From Candidatus Buchananbacteria bacterium CG10_big_fil_rev_8_21_14_0_10_33_19 (GTDB lineage Bacteria; Patescibacteriota; Patescibacteriia; 2-01-FULL-39-33), in the NCBI GenBank assembly GCA_002773855.1, contig PEZY01000012.1:233565-297564 (forward strand): DNA of 64,000 nt, read 5' to 3'. Positions 1 to 9,858 of the stretch are shown here, piece after piece. A program made the translations under genes and the position numbers. The notes below the pieces were generated by a model. The model was given only the letters and a program-made list of their open reading frames with translations, had not been told where the DNA came from and did not search any database. The stretch's first letter is position 1. Every line of letters begins with the position of its first letter.

Positions 1-129
1 TTTTTCCAATTACTATGATAATTTTTGGTTCAATTCCAGCTATCGAAGCCCAAACTAGATTAATGTTGGGTGGTAAATATAAATTGGGCTTTTGGGTGAC
101 TGAAAAGAAAACTGAAAAATAAAATATTT

Positions 130-1173
130 ATGTCTAATTTACCAAAAGTTACAATTCAGTTGGTTACTTGGAATAGTCTGAAATATTTGCCATTCACATT
201 AGAGTCTATATTCGCTCAAACTTATAGAGACTTTCAGGTTTTAGTAATTGATAATAATTCTCATGATGGCACAATTGATTATATCAGAAAAAATTATCCC
301 GAAGTGGCAGTTTTTCAAAATAAAAAAAACTTAGGTTTCGCTAAGGCTAATAATCAAGGGATCAGGTTACTACATTCAGCTTATGTTCTTTTTTGTAATA
401 CGGATATTGTATTAGAAAAAAATTGGTTAGAATTAATGATGCAAAATATTGAATCAGATAAGTATAAAGATGTTGGTAGTTTTTGTGGTAAATTACTAAA
501 ACTAAAACCAATTGATAATGAAATTGATCAAACTAGTAAGACTAATATCATTGATTCTTGTGGGCTAGTAATAACTAGAAGTCGCAGAATTACAGAGTTG
601 GGAGCTGGTGAAGAATCAGAAAAGTTTAATACTAATAGGGAAATTTTTGGTTGCTCTGGGGCCCTAGCTATTTATAAACGCGAAACTTTAGATGATTGTC
701 TAATTAAAACCAAGTTTAATTCTAATGGTGAATATTTTGATGAGGATTTTTTTGTCTATAAAGAAGATGTTGATTTAGCTTGGCGGTCTAGATTGTTCGG
801 CTGGAAATCAATGTTGATTGTTGAGGCTGTTGCTTATCATGTTCGCTCGGCTGCTGGTTCAGAACATACGGGCTTAATGGACATTATAAAAAATAGAAAG
901 AAGCAATCTTTTTTTGCGAGATATTATTCTTATCGTAATCATTTATTATTGTTGTTAAAAAATGAAATGTCTAAAAATTTTTTAAATGATTTTTGGCAAA
1001 TTAAATGCTTTGAGATAAAAAAAGCAGTTTATGTTTTGATGTTTGAAATCAGAAGTGTGCAGGCTTGGTGGGAAATTTTAAAAATGTTACCAAGAATATT
1101 GGCCAAAAGAAAAGAAATTATTAGAAAAACTAAAATTAGTTATCAAGATATGGCTAAATTAATACAAAAGTAA
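130..1173 (+). CDS. Glycosyltransferase family 2
   Basis: N-terminal GT-A fold signature (TIQLVTWNSLKYL...VLVIDNNSHDGT, DxD region). Length 347 aa. Confidence 0.75.
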   Translation: MSNLPKVTIQLVTWNSLKYLPFTLESIFAQTYRDFQVLVIDNNSHDGTIDYIRKNYPEVAVFQNKKNLGFAKANNQGIRLLHSAYVLFCNTDIVLEKNWLELMMQNIESDKYKDVGSFCGKLLKLKPIDNEIDQTSKTNIIDSCGLVITRSRRITELGAGEESEKFNTNREIFGCSGALAIYKRETLDDCLIKTKFNSNGEYFDEDFFVYKEDVDLAWRSRLFGWKSMLIVEAVAYHVRSAAGSEHTGLMDIIKNRKKQSFFARYYSYRNHLLLLLKNEMSKNFLNDFWQIKCFEIKKAVYVLMFEIRSVQAWWEILKMLPRILAKRKEIIRKTKISYQDMAKLIQK

Positions 1174-1174
1174 T

Positions 1175-1954
1175 ATGGAAATATCGATTATTATAAATAA
1201 TTATAAAACTAAGGGTCTACTTAAACAGTGTTTGGCCGGTATTTATGCTTATCCACCAAGTGTGAGTTATGAAATTATTGTCGTAGACAATAACTCGCAA
1301 GACGGTTCGGTAGAAATGGTAAAAGATAAATTCCCTCAAGTTAAATTGGTTGCATCTGGTGAAAATTTGGGTCATCATCGGGGTAACAATTTGGGTATTA
1401 AAAATTCTAGTGGTAAATATATTTTAATTTTAAATACTGATATTGCTTTTTTGGATAATTCCATTGATCGAATTTATAATTTTATGGAATCTCATTCCGA
1501 GGCGGCACTGACCGGACCAAAATTAAAAAACCCCGATGGTTCTATTCAGATGTCTTGTATGAGATTTCCTAGTAAATTAGTACCTATTTATCGTCGAACC
1601 TTTTTGGGTAATTTTTCTTTTGCTAAGAAAGAAATAGATCATTATTTAATGAAAGATTTTGATCACATGTCGACCAAAGAAGTGGATTGGATATTAGGTG
1701 CTTGTGTCATGATTAGAAAATCAGCTATTGATAAGGTCGGACCAATGGATGAAAGTTTATTTTTGTACTTTGGCGATATTGCTTGGTGTCGTAAATTTTG
1801 GGAGTTTAATTATAAAGTTTATTATTTTGTGGACGCTAATATCATTCATTATCATAAACGCGAATCCGCTCAGAGTGGTATTTTTTCGTTGGTATTTTGG
1901 ATTCATATTATTGATTGGTTAAGGTATTTAAAAAAATATTCAGTAAAAAACTAA
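1175..1954 (+). CDS. Glycosyltransferase family 2
   Basis: ISIIINNYK...EIIVVDNNSQDGS GT2 signature. Start is 2 nt after the upstream stop (coupled). Confidence 0.75.
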   Translation: MEISIIINNYKTKGLLKQCLAGIYAYPPSVSYEIIVVDNNSQDGSVEMVKDKFPQVKLVASGENLGHHRGNNLGIKNSSGKYILILNTDIAFLDNSIDRIYNFMESHSEAALTGPKLKNPDGSIQMSCMRFPSKLVPIYRRTFLGNFSFAKKEIDHYLMKDFDHMSTKEVDWILGACVMIRKSAIDKVGPMDESLFLYFGDIAWCRKFWEFNYKVYYFVDANIIHYHKRESAQSGIFSLVFWIHIIDWLRYLKKYSVKN

Positions 1955-3897
1955 TGATTGAAAGTTATAATATTATTAACCAGCAGGCTAAATCAATGAA
2001 CAGCCTAAGATTTAAGGTGATAGCAACTATCATCACTGTTTTTTTGATTGGTCTAGTGATTGTTTTTACGCCATTTGTATTTCATGGTATTAGAGCGGCT
2101 AGTTATGTGACAGCGTCCATTTCTGAGGCTAAAATTTTATTAGCCAATGTCGACAATAAAGATTGGCAACAAGCCGTAGAATCATCAGAATCAATTGAGG
2201 CTAATTTGTCAAAACTAAATACTGAGATTTCTGGCTTAGGCTTAATTAGCAAGCTACCAAAATTAAAAAATGATTTTAAGGTTGGCCAGCAGTTTATTGT
2301 AGTGGCTCAGTCGTTGGTTGGTGGTTATGCTGAAACATTTAAAATTTTTGCCACTATCGAACAAGCAGGTTTAACTGTTGATCCTAATATTTTATTAGAA
2401 AATAAAGAGGTGATTAATTTGATTAGTCAAAATAAAACTCAATTAGCTTTAGCCAAAAAACAATTAGAAATAGCTAATGCTAGTTTTTCGGAAATTGATA
2501 CTAATGATTTTTCAGGATTTTTTGCTAGTTATCTGATTCAGGCTCATGATGTGCTAGGTCAGGTGCTTGCCAGCACGAATATTGGCTTGCCAGTTATGGG
2601 TTTGTTACCAGACTTGTTGGGTTATAATGGCGAAAAGCATTATCTACTTATTCTTGAAAACAATATGGAACTGCGGCCAACTGGTGGCTTCATCGGATCA
2701 TACGGTATTATTACTGTCGAGTCTGGTAAGATAAAAAATCTAATTACCGATGATGTTTATAATTTGGATAAATTATCCGAGGGTAAATTATTAGAGTTAG
2801 CACCAGAGCCAATGCTAACATATAACAGACAAAAATATTGGTATATGCGTGATGCTAATTGGTATGCTGGCTGGCCAGATTCAGCTAATAAGATAGTAGA
2901 ATTTTTTCATATTGAAAGACAGAATGCTAATTTGCCTGATCAGCGAATTGATGGGGTGATTGCGATTACACCAGACTTTATTGCCAATCTTTTAGCTGTT
3001 TTAGGGCCTATTAATAGTCATGGTATTGTGTTTTCGGAGAATAATTTTGCGATGGATTTGGAAGAATTTGTGGAAGGTGGTTTTGAAGCTAAAAATATTC
3101 CTTATGATGAGCGCAAATCAATAATTGGTGACTTGTCTAAAATTTTAATTTCTAGAATAGAAAATACCACAGCGGAAAATTTTTCTAAATTATGGCTCGC
3201 TTTCAAAAAGAATATTGATGAAAAAAATATTTTAGTTTATATTTTTGATAATAAATTACAACAGTATTTTTCTGATCAGAATTGGGCCGGAGAAATTAGA
3301 CAAACTAATGGTGATTATTTGATGTTGATTGATAGTAATTTTGCTTCGCTCAAGACTGATGCGGTAATGGAACGATCTATTAAAAGAAGTTTAAGTTTAA
3401 ACGAGGCTGGTGATTTAATGGCGCATTTAGAAATTACTTACAAGCACAATGGTCAGTTTGTTAAGGATTTAATTACCAGATATCGAACTTATGCCAAGGT
3501 TTATGTACCAGCTGGTTCGTGGTTTGAAAGTGGATCAATTAAAGATGAAACTGGTGAGACGGTGCTTAATATGTCTAGTGATTTAACTTATGGCAATGAG
3601 TACAATAAAGCTTATGCCACTTACTTTGTAATTATTGAGCCAGGTAAATCAAAAACTGTAATTTTAAATTATAAATTGCCCAAAAATATTTTGGATCAAT
3701 ATAATCAAGGCACGTATAATTTGTTGGTTCAAAAGCAACCGGGCACCATTGGACATAAACTGGGAATTGATTTAAACTTGAGTAAAGAAATTTCGGCCTA
3801 TAAAGCGGCTATCTTACCCAATTATTATGGTAAAACGTCAATAGGCTGGGAGAGTGATTTGACTGTCGACAGGGAGTATAAAATTAAATTTAATTAG
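1954..3897 (+). CDS. Large membrane-anchored extracytoplasmic protein, possibly DUF4012-like, associated with the GT cluster
   Basis: Single N-terminal TM helix then a ~600-aa soluble domain. The start ATG overlaps the upstream stop (TAATG). The ORF track's longer start at 1915 overlaps the GT2 gene. Family assignment is from memory, not verified. Confidence 0.4.
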   Translation: MIESYNIINQQAKSMNSLRFKVIATIITVFLIGLVIVFTPFVFHGIRAASYVTASISEAKILLANVDNKDWQQAVESSESIEANLSKLNTEISGLGLISKLPKLKNDFKVGQQFIVVAQSLVGGYAETFKIFATIEQAGLTVDPNILLENKEVINLISQNKTQLALAKKQLEIANASFSEIDTNDFSGFFASYLIQAHDVLGQVLASTNIGLPVMGLLPDLLGYNGEKHYLLILENNMELRPTGGFIGSYGIITVESGKIKNLITDDVYNLDKLSEGKLLELAPEPMLTYNRQKYWYMRDANWYAGWPDSANKIVEFFHIERQNANLPDQRIDGVIAITPDFIANLLAVLGPINSHGIVFSENNFAMDLEEFVEGGFEAKNIPYDERKSIIGDLSKILISRIENTTAENFSKLWLAFKKNIDEKNILVYIFDNKLQQYFSDQNWAGEIRQTNGDYLMLIDSNFASLKTDAVMERSIKRSLSLNEAGDLMAHLEITYKHNGQFVKDLITRYRTYAKVYVPAGSWFESGSIKDETGETVLNMSSDLTYGNEYNKAYATYFVIIEPGKSKTVILNYKLPKNILDQYNQGTYNLLVQKQPGTIGHKLGIDLNLSKEISAYKAAILPNYYGKTSIGWESDLTVDREYKIKFN

Positions 3898-3902
3898 TTT
3901 AA

Positions 3903-4910
3903 ATGTTTTTAAAAAGAATTGGAATCGATTTAGGCACGACCAATATTTTGGTGCATGTGCCCAAAAAAGGAGTAGTGATTAATGAGCCATCGGTAGTGGC
4001 TATTTCTAATGTGGATAAAAAAATTATTGCCGTTGGTGCTGAAGCCAAGGAAATGTTGGGACGGACTCCGGACACAATTATTGCTCAGCGACCACTGAAA
4101 GATGGCGTGATTGCTGACTACAAAACAACTGAAGCGATGCTTAGATATTTTATTAACAAAGCCTTGGGTGGTGTGCGAATATTTCGGCCCGAGGTGATGG
4201 TAGCGGTGCCAGCGGGTATTACTTCTACTGAAAGAAGAGCAGTCATTGATGCGACTATTGCCGCTGGTGCTAAAGCCGCTTATATTATTAAAGAACCAAT
4301 TGTGGCGGCTATTGGGGCTAATATTCCCATTGGTAGCGCTTCCGGACATATGATTATTGATATTGGTGGTGGGACTTCGGAAATTGCGGTGATATCACTT
4401 GGTGGCATTGTGTCTTCAACTTCTGTGAGAATTGGTGGTAATAAATTGGATGTAGCTATTACTGAAGGGATTAGAAAAAAATATGGTTTAGCGATTGGTG
4501 AGCGAACCGCCGAACAAGTGAAAATTAATATTGGTTCAGCCCTGTATTTAGAAGAAAAGCTTTATATGGATGTGCGGGGCCGTGATATGATTACTGGATT
4601 GCCAAAAACTATTGCGGTGTCATCTGATGATGTGACGGATTCCATTCAAGCGGAATTAGAAGGTATTAGTAGTGCGGTGAAAAATGTCTTGTATAAAACG
4701 CCACCAGAGCTATCAGCTGATGTCATCGATAAGGGGATTGTCATGTCTGGTGGGACTAGCTTGCTACGAAATATTGATAAAATGGTGTCTTTAAGTACGG
4801 GGGTATCGGCCTATGTAGCCGATGATGCCTTGTATTGTGTAGCTAAAGGTACAGGGATTGCGTTGGATAATTTGGAGAGTTATAAGAGGAGTATTTTGGC
4901 GACGAAGTAA
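3903..4910 (+). CDS. mreB: Rod shape-determining protein, MreB/Mbl actin-like ATPase (paralog 1)
   Basis: [14 protein letters not shown] phosphate-1 motif, DIGGGTSEIAV, GGTSLL, full length 335 aa. Confidence 0.9.
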   Translation: MFLKRIGIDLGTTNILVHVPKKGVVINEPSVVAISNVDKKIIAVGAEAKEMLGRTPDTIIAQRPLKDGVIADYKTTEAMLRYFINKALGGVRIFRPEVMVAVPAGITSTERRAVIDATIAAGAKAAYIIKEPIVAAIGANIPIGSASGHMIIDIGGGTSEIAVISLGGIVSSTSVRIGGNKLDVAITEGIRKKYGLAIGERTAEQVKINIGSALYLEEKLYMDVRGRDMITGLPKTIAVSSDDVTDSIQAELEGISSAVKNVLYKTPPELSADVIDKGIVMSGGTSLLRNIDKMVSLSTGVSAYVADDALYCVAKGTGIALDNLESYKRSILATK

Positions 4911-4990
4911 GTAATTAAAGTCTTGTTGCTTTTATAAATCGTCATTGCGAGGTACGAAGCAATCCCATGTTTATTTTACTAAATCACATT

Positions 4991-5037
4991 GGTACTTTTT
5001 TAGAAAAAGTACCACAAAAATCGCGACAGTAAAAAAT
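4991..5037 (+). repeat. GGTAC-palindrome intergenic repeat, copy 3
   Basis: ggtacttttt-tag-aaaaagtacc hairpin followed by acaaaaatcgcgacagtaaaaaat. Related to the copies at 5831-5878 and 42320-42357. Confidence 0.5.
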
Positions 5038-5245
5038 TTATAATCGAAGCTAAAACTTCGTCCTGCTAATTTTCAAAACTCGAAACTTTTCAATTTGTAA
5101 TTGTCGAAAGTTTCTCAAACATTGAAAATTTTGGGCGTAGACAACGCCCAATCGCTAGGGCTCTCGTTTTATCTTCTCCTTAAATTTTTAAATTGTCGCA
5201 TTTATTTTAAGTAGAATAATATAAATTATTAATTTTTAAATATTA

Positions 5246-5698
5246 ATGCAATTATTTGAGAGAAAATTTAAATGGTTTACTTATGCAGTAATTGGTTTGA
5301 TATATGATATTATCGGTACAATTTTTATTGCATTATTTTATCATCCTACAATAGTATATAGAGGAATGACAGTTGGTAATCTAAATGCCGTATTAGACAA
5401 TCCAGACCGTAGATGGTTGTATTATGGATTGATAACTATAATTTTAGGCTTTGTGTGTTTATTAGTTGATCAATTTATTGATATATATAAAATTAGAAAT
5501 AATATATCTAAATTTTTTTTGATAATTCTATCTTTACCATTGGTATTACTATTGGTACTAGTGTTTTTTGTAATGATACTGGTGTTGTTGTTTTTAATTT
5601 TTAGTGCTCTAATTGCCCATTCTATTTTTTTTATTTGTGTTATAGCAATTTTTAGTATTATATGTTTAGTATACTATTATCATAATCAGGTGTATTAA
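5246..5698 (+). CDS. Hypothetical polytopic membrane protein
   Basis: 150 aa, 4 predicted hydrophobic segments, no recognisable motif. Confidence 0.4.
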   Translation: MQLFERKFKWFTYAVIGLIYDIIGTIFIALFYHPTIVYRGMTVGNLNAVLDNPDRRWLYYGLITIILGFVCLLVDQFIDIYKIRNNISKFFLIILSLPLVLLLVLVFFVMILVLLFLIFSALIAHSIFFICVIAIFSIICLVYYYHNQVY

Positions 5699-5705
5699 TA
5701 ATTTT

Positions 5706-5751
5706 ATTATAAAAAATGCAAACATTAAAAAATATTGTGCCAATTTTATAT
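5706..5751 (+). repeat. 45-bp direct repeat A (ttat..aaaaaatgcaaacattaaaaaatattgtgccaattttatat), copy 1
   Basis: Near-identical copy at 42374-42419. Confidence 0.6.
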
Positions 5752-5830
5752 AAAGCGAGCGTTAAGAAGCCAATATTTTGTCGCTGTTTTGATTATTGGC
5801 TTTAGCGAGCTGATATAAAATTTGGCCATG

Positions 5831-5878
5831 ATTTTTTACGTTTGCGAGCTTTGCGGTACTTTGGCGGCCCAAAGTACC
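5831..5878 (-). repeat. GGTAC-palindrome intergenic repeat, copy 1 (inverted relative to copy 2)
   Basis: ggtactttgg-cggc-ccaaagtacc. The reverse complement of 5831-5878 matches 42320-42357 with few mismatches. Confidence 0.6.
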
Positions 5879-5961
5879 ATAAAAAGAAATAATATTAAAA
5901 ATCCCTAAAATAAGCTAAATCAAACACTTCACACCTAGTCTGAAGTGTTCGCTAAAATCAT

Positions 5962-7071
5962 ATGAAAATCGGTATCGATGCTTCCCGCGCCAATAAACAG
6001 AACAAAACCGGAGTAGAATGGTATTCCTACCATTTAATTCAAGAATTAAAGAAAATCACTCCAGCTGATATTCAGGTTTTGTTGTATACCAATGAAAAAT
6101 TACAGGGTGGTTTAGAAAACTGTCCATCAAATTTTAAAGAAAGAGTTTTAAATTGGCCGCCAAAATATTTATGGACGCAAATTAGATTAGCTCTAGAATT
6201 ATTTTTAAATCCGCCAGATGCTTTGTTTGTCCCGGCTCATACGATTCCATTTTGGCCAATAACTCGTAAAACCAAAGTTTATGTGACAGTACATGATGTG
6301 GGCTTTAAGCGTTATCCAAACTTGTATAAAAAAATTCAATATTACTATCATGATTTAACTATGAAGGTGATTAAGCGACGAGCGGATAAGATAATTACTA
6401 TTTCGGATTTTTCTAAACAAGAAATTATGGATTTATATGGCGTGAAAGCCGAGAAGATCGTAGTGATTTCACTAGGCTATGATCGAGAAAAATATAATCA
6501 AGACGTGGTAGTAAGTCATGATATTTTAACTAAGTATAAAATTACTCAGCCCTATGTGTTGTATGTTGGTCGCCTAGAAAAAAAGAAAAATATCGGCAAT
6601 CTAGTCAAAGCTTTCGCTTATGCCAAAGCGTCTAATCATGACTTAAAATTAGTCTTAGCTGGCAATGCTGGCAATGAATACGAAGTGATAAAAAATATTA
6701 TCGCCGAGCATAAATTAGAAAACGAAATTATATTACCTGGTTATATTGCTGAAGTTGATTTGCCGGCAGTTATCAAAATGGCTGAAGTTTTTATGTTCCC
6801 AACTTTATATGAAGGTTTTGGTCTGCCAATTTTACAAGCGATGGCCGTGGGGACGCCAGTTATTACTTCTGATATCGAGCCACACCGGTCTATCTCAGGT
6901 GGCTGTGCTGTTTTGGTCAATCCAAAGAATTCAAAATATATGGCTCAACAAATTAATAAAATTATTAAAGATTGGGAATTTGCCAGTGATTTGAAATCCG
7001 CTGGCTTAGATCGAGTGCAATCATTTTCTTGGTCTAAAACCGCTCAGGACACTTTGGCAGTGATAAAATAA
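5962..7071 (+). CDS. Glycosyltransferase family 4 (GT-B, RfaG-like)
   Basis: KIGIDASRA... N-terminus and a C-terminal EGFGLP.LQAMA.G.PVI motif typical of GT4. Confidence 0.75.
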   Translation: MKIGIDASRANKQNKTGVEWYSYHLIQELKKITPADIQVLLYTNEKLQGGLENCPSNFKERVLNWPPKYLWTQIRLALELFLNPPDALFVPAHTIPFWPITRKTKVYVTVHDVGFKRYPNLYKKIQYYYHDLTMKVIKRRADKIITISDFSKQEIMDLYGVKAEKIVVISLGYDREKYNQDVVVSHDILTKYKITQPYVLYVGRLEKKKNIGNLVKAFAYAKASNHDLKLVLAGNAGNEYEVIKNIIAEHKLENEIILPGYIAEVDLPAVIKMAEVFMFPTLYEGFGLPILQAMAVGTPVITSDIEPHRSISGGCAVLVNPKNSKYMAQQINKIIKDWEFASDLKSAGLDRVQSFSWSKTAQDTLAVIK

Positions 7072-7162
7072 GCAAAACCAATCAAAGACTAATAGAGTAA
7101 TTTTTAGTCTTTTTATTTTTGATAAATTAAAGTTATAAATAGTTGTCACAAATGGCCTATTT

Positions 7163-8209
7163 ATGTTAAAATTTAAAGTAATGAAAGAGTCAGATACCAA
7201 GCAATTTAATTGGGATGTGTGTGGACATGAGGAAATTGTCCATTTTTTGCAGTCGGCTATTTCTGGTAATAAATTAGCCAATGCTTATCTATTTTCTGGG
7301 CCTAGTCAGTTAGGCAAGCAGGCCGTAGCTTATAAATTAATTGCCTCGCTTTTTTGTCAAAATCAGGAAAAGGCCAAGCCTTGCGGAGTATGTCCGGCTT
7401 GTTTGCAAATTAAAAATAAAATTCATCCTGATTTTTTTATTACCGGTCAGGAAATGAACGAAAAAACGGAAAAGCTAAGCAAGGGTATATTAATTGAACA
7501 GATTAGAAATTTAAAACACAAATTACAACAAGCTACTTTGTTAAATGGTTATAAGGTTGCCCTAATCACCGATGCTCATTTGATGAACTTGAATACGGCT
7601 AATGCTTTGTTGAAAATTTTAGAAGAGCCTACCAAAAATACGGTGATTATATTATTGGTCGATGATGTTTCGGCCTTGCCTCAAACCATTGCCTCACGGT
7701 GTCAGACTTTGCGGTTTTTGCCAGTACCAACTGCTACCATTAAAACCTACTTGGAAGATCAAGGGTCTTTTGAATCTGGATTGGTGGCTAGGCAGGCTCA
7801 TGGTTATCCTGGTATAGCGATTGATTTGGTAAATAACCAAGATTTAATTAAAACCCAAGCAGACAAAGTAGAAACTTTTTTAAAAATTATTGATGCTGAT
7901 TTAAATCAAAGATTAGAACTGGTTGAAAAAGCCGTGAATTGGGAAAAGGATGAATCTATTAATGTGACTTTGCTTAATGATTTGTTTCATAGTTGGCAGT
8001 TAGTTTTGCGAGACGCTCTATTAATTAAAACTGATAATGAATCATTGATAACTAATACTACTCAGTTGGAGGCAATTAAAAGTAACTTTGCGTCTATGAG
8101 TTTTATAAAAATTAAATCAATATTAAATAAAATGGATCAAGTAAGTGGGTATACTTGGTATAATATTAATTCTAAATCAGCCTTAGAAAATCTAATTATA
8201 AATTTATGA
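7163..8209 (+). CDS. holB: DNA polymerase III delta-prime subunit
   Basis: AYLFSGP..LGK degenerate Walker A, CGVCPACLQI zinc module, ~340 aa (too short for DnaX). Confidence 0.75.
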   Translation: MLKFKVMKESDTKQFNWDVCGHEEIVHFLQSAISGNKLANAYLFSGPSQLGKQAVAYKLIASLFCQNQEKAKPCGVCPACLQIKNKIHPDFFITGQEMNEKTEKLSKGILIEQIRNLKHKLQQATLLNGYKVALITDAHLMNLNTANALLKILEEPTKNTVIILLVDDVSALPQTIASRCQTLRFLPVPTATIKTYLEDQGSFESGLVARQAHGYPGIAIDLVNNQDLIKTQADKVETFLKIIDADLNQRLELVEKAVNWEKDESINVTLLNDLFHSWQLVLRDALLIKTDNESLITNTTQLEAIKSNFASMSFIKIKSILNKMDQVSGYTWYNINSKSALENLIINL

Positions 8210-9276
8210 AAACAAATCGCATATTAATTTTTTCTTGTTTAATCGTCATAGCTTTGCTAGTGAGTGGCTGTACGATTAGTATTGGGGGTAATTCTAAAAA
8301 AGTGGTTGATGGTGGGGTTTATAAGTCCATTGACGGCAGTGCTACTTGGAATCAGGTAGCGGTAGTACCAACAGCTAATGGAAAAGTGGCCAGTATTTCC
8401 AATGTCGATATTCGTCGAATGATTTTTGATCCATCAGATTATAACACCATTTATTTATCTACCGAAACAGATGGCGTAGTTTACACTAATAATGGTGGTG
8501 ATAACTGGAACCAATTTAAGCAATTTGTTGGTCAAAAAATCAGATCAATTGGTGTCGATGCCAAGGATAAATGCAATTTGTATGTTTTGTCCGCTAATAA
8601 ACTTTATAAATCTACAGATTGTGGCCGATTTTGGACTGATGTTTATGTTCATCAAAATGCTGATGTAATTTTAACCGATGTTTTGGTGGATTATTTCAAT
8701 AGCTCAATTATTTATATGACCACTAGTGTCGGTGAAGTGTTAAAGAGTACTGATAGTGGCATGGCTTGGGCCACAGTTAACCGCGTAGACCGAGGCGTAT
8801 TTTTGGACTTAGCTATTGATCCCAAGAATAGTCGCATAGTCTATGCCGCGACCGAAAAGCATGGAGTTTATAAGACTATAGATGGCGGCGCAACTTGGGA
8901 GAGCTTGGGCATTGGTTTAAAAGCTTATGCTGGTAGTCAAGAGTATAGGAGCTTAATTATTGATCAGTCGGCTAAAAATAGTTTGATTTTAATCTCAAAA
9001 TTTGGCATGCTAAGGACTCAGGATGGTGGCACTACTTGGGAGGTCATAGAACTATTGCCAGCTTCTAAGAAAACAACTATTTATTCAGCGGCTATAAATC
9101 CTCGTGATAGCCAAGAAATTTATTATGCCACTAGAACAACATTAGTTAAATCTACTGATGGTGGAAAAACTTGGTCGTCACAGGATTTACCTACCACTAG
9201 ATCGGCTAATAAAATTATTATCAATCCAACTAATCCAGATATAGTTTATTTGGGAGCCATGAATGCTAGTAATTAG
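8206..9276 (+). CDS. Lipoprotein with BNR/Ycf48-like beta-propeller repeats
   Basis: Signal peptide plus lipobox (LVSGC). Repeated S/T-x-D-G-G-x-TW motifs. ATGA overlap with the holB stop. Confidence 0.6.
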   Translation: MKTNRILIFSCLIVIALLVSGCTISIGGNSKKVVDGGVYKSIDGSATWNQVAVVPTANGKVASISNVDIRRMIFDPSDYNTIYLSTETDGVVYTNNGGDNWNQFKQFVGQKIRSIGVDAKDKCNLYVLSANKLYKSTDCGRFWTDVYVHQNADVILTDVLVDYFNSSIIYMTTSVGEVLKSTDSGMAWATVNRVDRGVFLDLAIDPKNSRIVYAATEKHGVYKTIDGGATWESLGIGLKAYAGSQEYRSLIIDQSAKNSLILISKFGMLRTQDGGTTWEVIELLPASKKTTIYSAAINPRDSQEIYYATRTTLVKSTDGGKTWSSQDLPTTRSANKIIINPTNPDIVYLGAMNASN

Positions 9277-9301
9277 TAATATTAAATAAAATAAGAAATA
9301 T

Positions 9302-9853
9302 ATGAGTATAATTGATAATCATAAAATTGATTTTGGTAAAGTAATTGATCACTTTGTTAGTGATATCGCTACTTTAAAAACTGGCCGAGCTAATCCGGCA
9401 GTTTTGGATTTACTGAAAGTAGAAGTCTATGGTATTTATACGCCAATTAATCAAGTGGCTTCTATTTCGGTGCCAGAGGCTCGATCAATTATTATTCAAC
9501 CTTGGGATAAAAATGTTATTAATGATATCGACAAGGCTATTAGAGAATCTGATTTGGGACTTAGTTCGGTAAATGAGGGTGATAAGATTAGAATTGTAAT
9601 TCCTCAAATGACTGAAGAATCCAGAAAAGAAATTGTTAAAACTTTAAATAAAAAAATAGAAGAGGCCAGAATTGCTGTGCGTGGTGTACGCGATGAAATT
9701 AAAGATGAAGTTATCGAAGCCGAAAAAAATAAAGAATTCGGTGAGGATGAAAAATATAGTTTAATTGAACAGTTAGACAAAGTGACTAGTGAGTTCAATG
9801 ATAAAATCAAAGAGCTAGGCGAGAAAAAAGAAAAAGAAATAATGACCGTTTAA
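9302..9853 (+). CDS. frr: Ribosome recycling factor
   Basis: 183 aa. Typical RRF N-terminus (IDN..IDF.K..D.F..D...L.TGRA.P..L) and length. Confidence 0.9.
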   Translation: MSIIDNHKIDFGKVIDHFVSDIATLKTGRANPAVLDLLKVEVYGIYTPINQVASISVPEARSIIIQPWDKNVINDIDKAIRESDLGLSSVNEGDKIRIVIPQMTEESRKEIVKTLNKKIEEARIAVRGVRDEIKDEVIEAEKNKEFGEDEKYSLIEQLDKVTSEFNDKIKELGEKKEKEIMTV

Positions 9854-9858
9854 TATAT

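Noticed and set aside
3930-4349. Minus-strand 139-aa ORF inside mreB, and similar antisense/internal ORFs (1728-1922, 6746-6994, 7021-7281, 9604-10055, 13993-14199, 15170-15388, 16740-16955, 19141-19671, 20011-20266, 20716-21081, 21676-21858, 24450-24656, 24753-24956, 25605-25823, 26992-27350, 30932-31129, 31872-32066, 32452-32637, 36606-36857, 37964-38179, 41655-41843, 43102-43305, 43526-44020, 44398-44598, 45304-45489, 46781-46990, 49397-49621, 51759-52007, 52335-52694, 53467-53652, 53731-53916, 55843-56133, 57974-58306, 60824-61048, 62609-62818)
   Set aside because: They lie entirely within, or overlap the ends of, well-supported genes on the other strand or frame. They have low-complexity/odd composition and no start context, so they are shadow ORFs.
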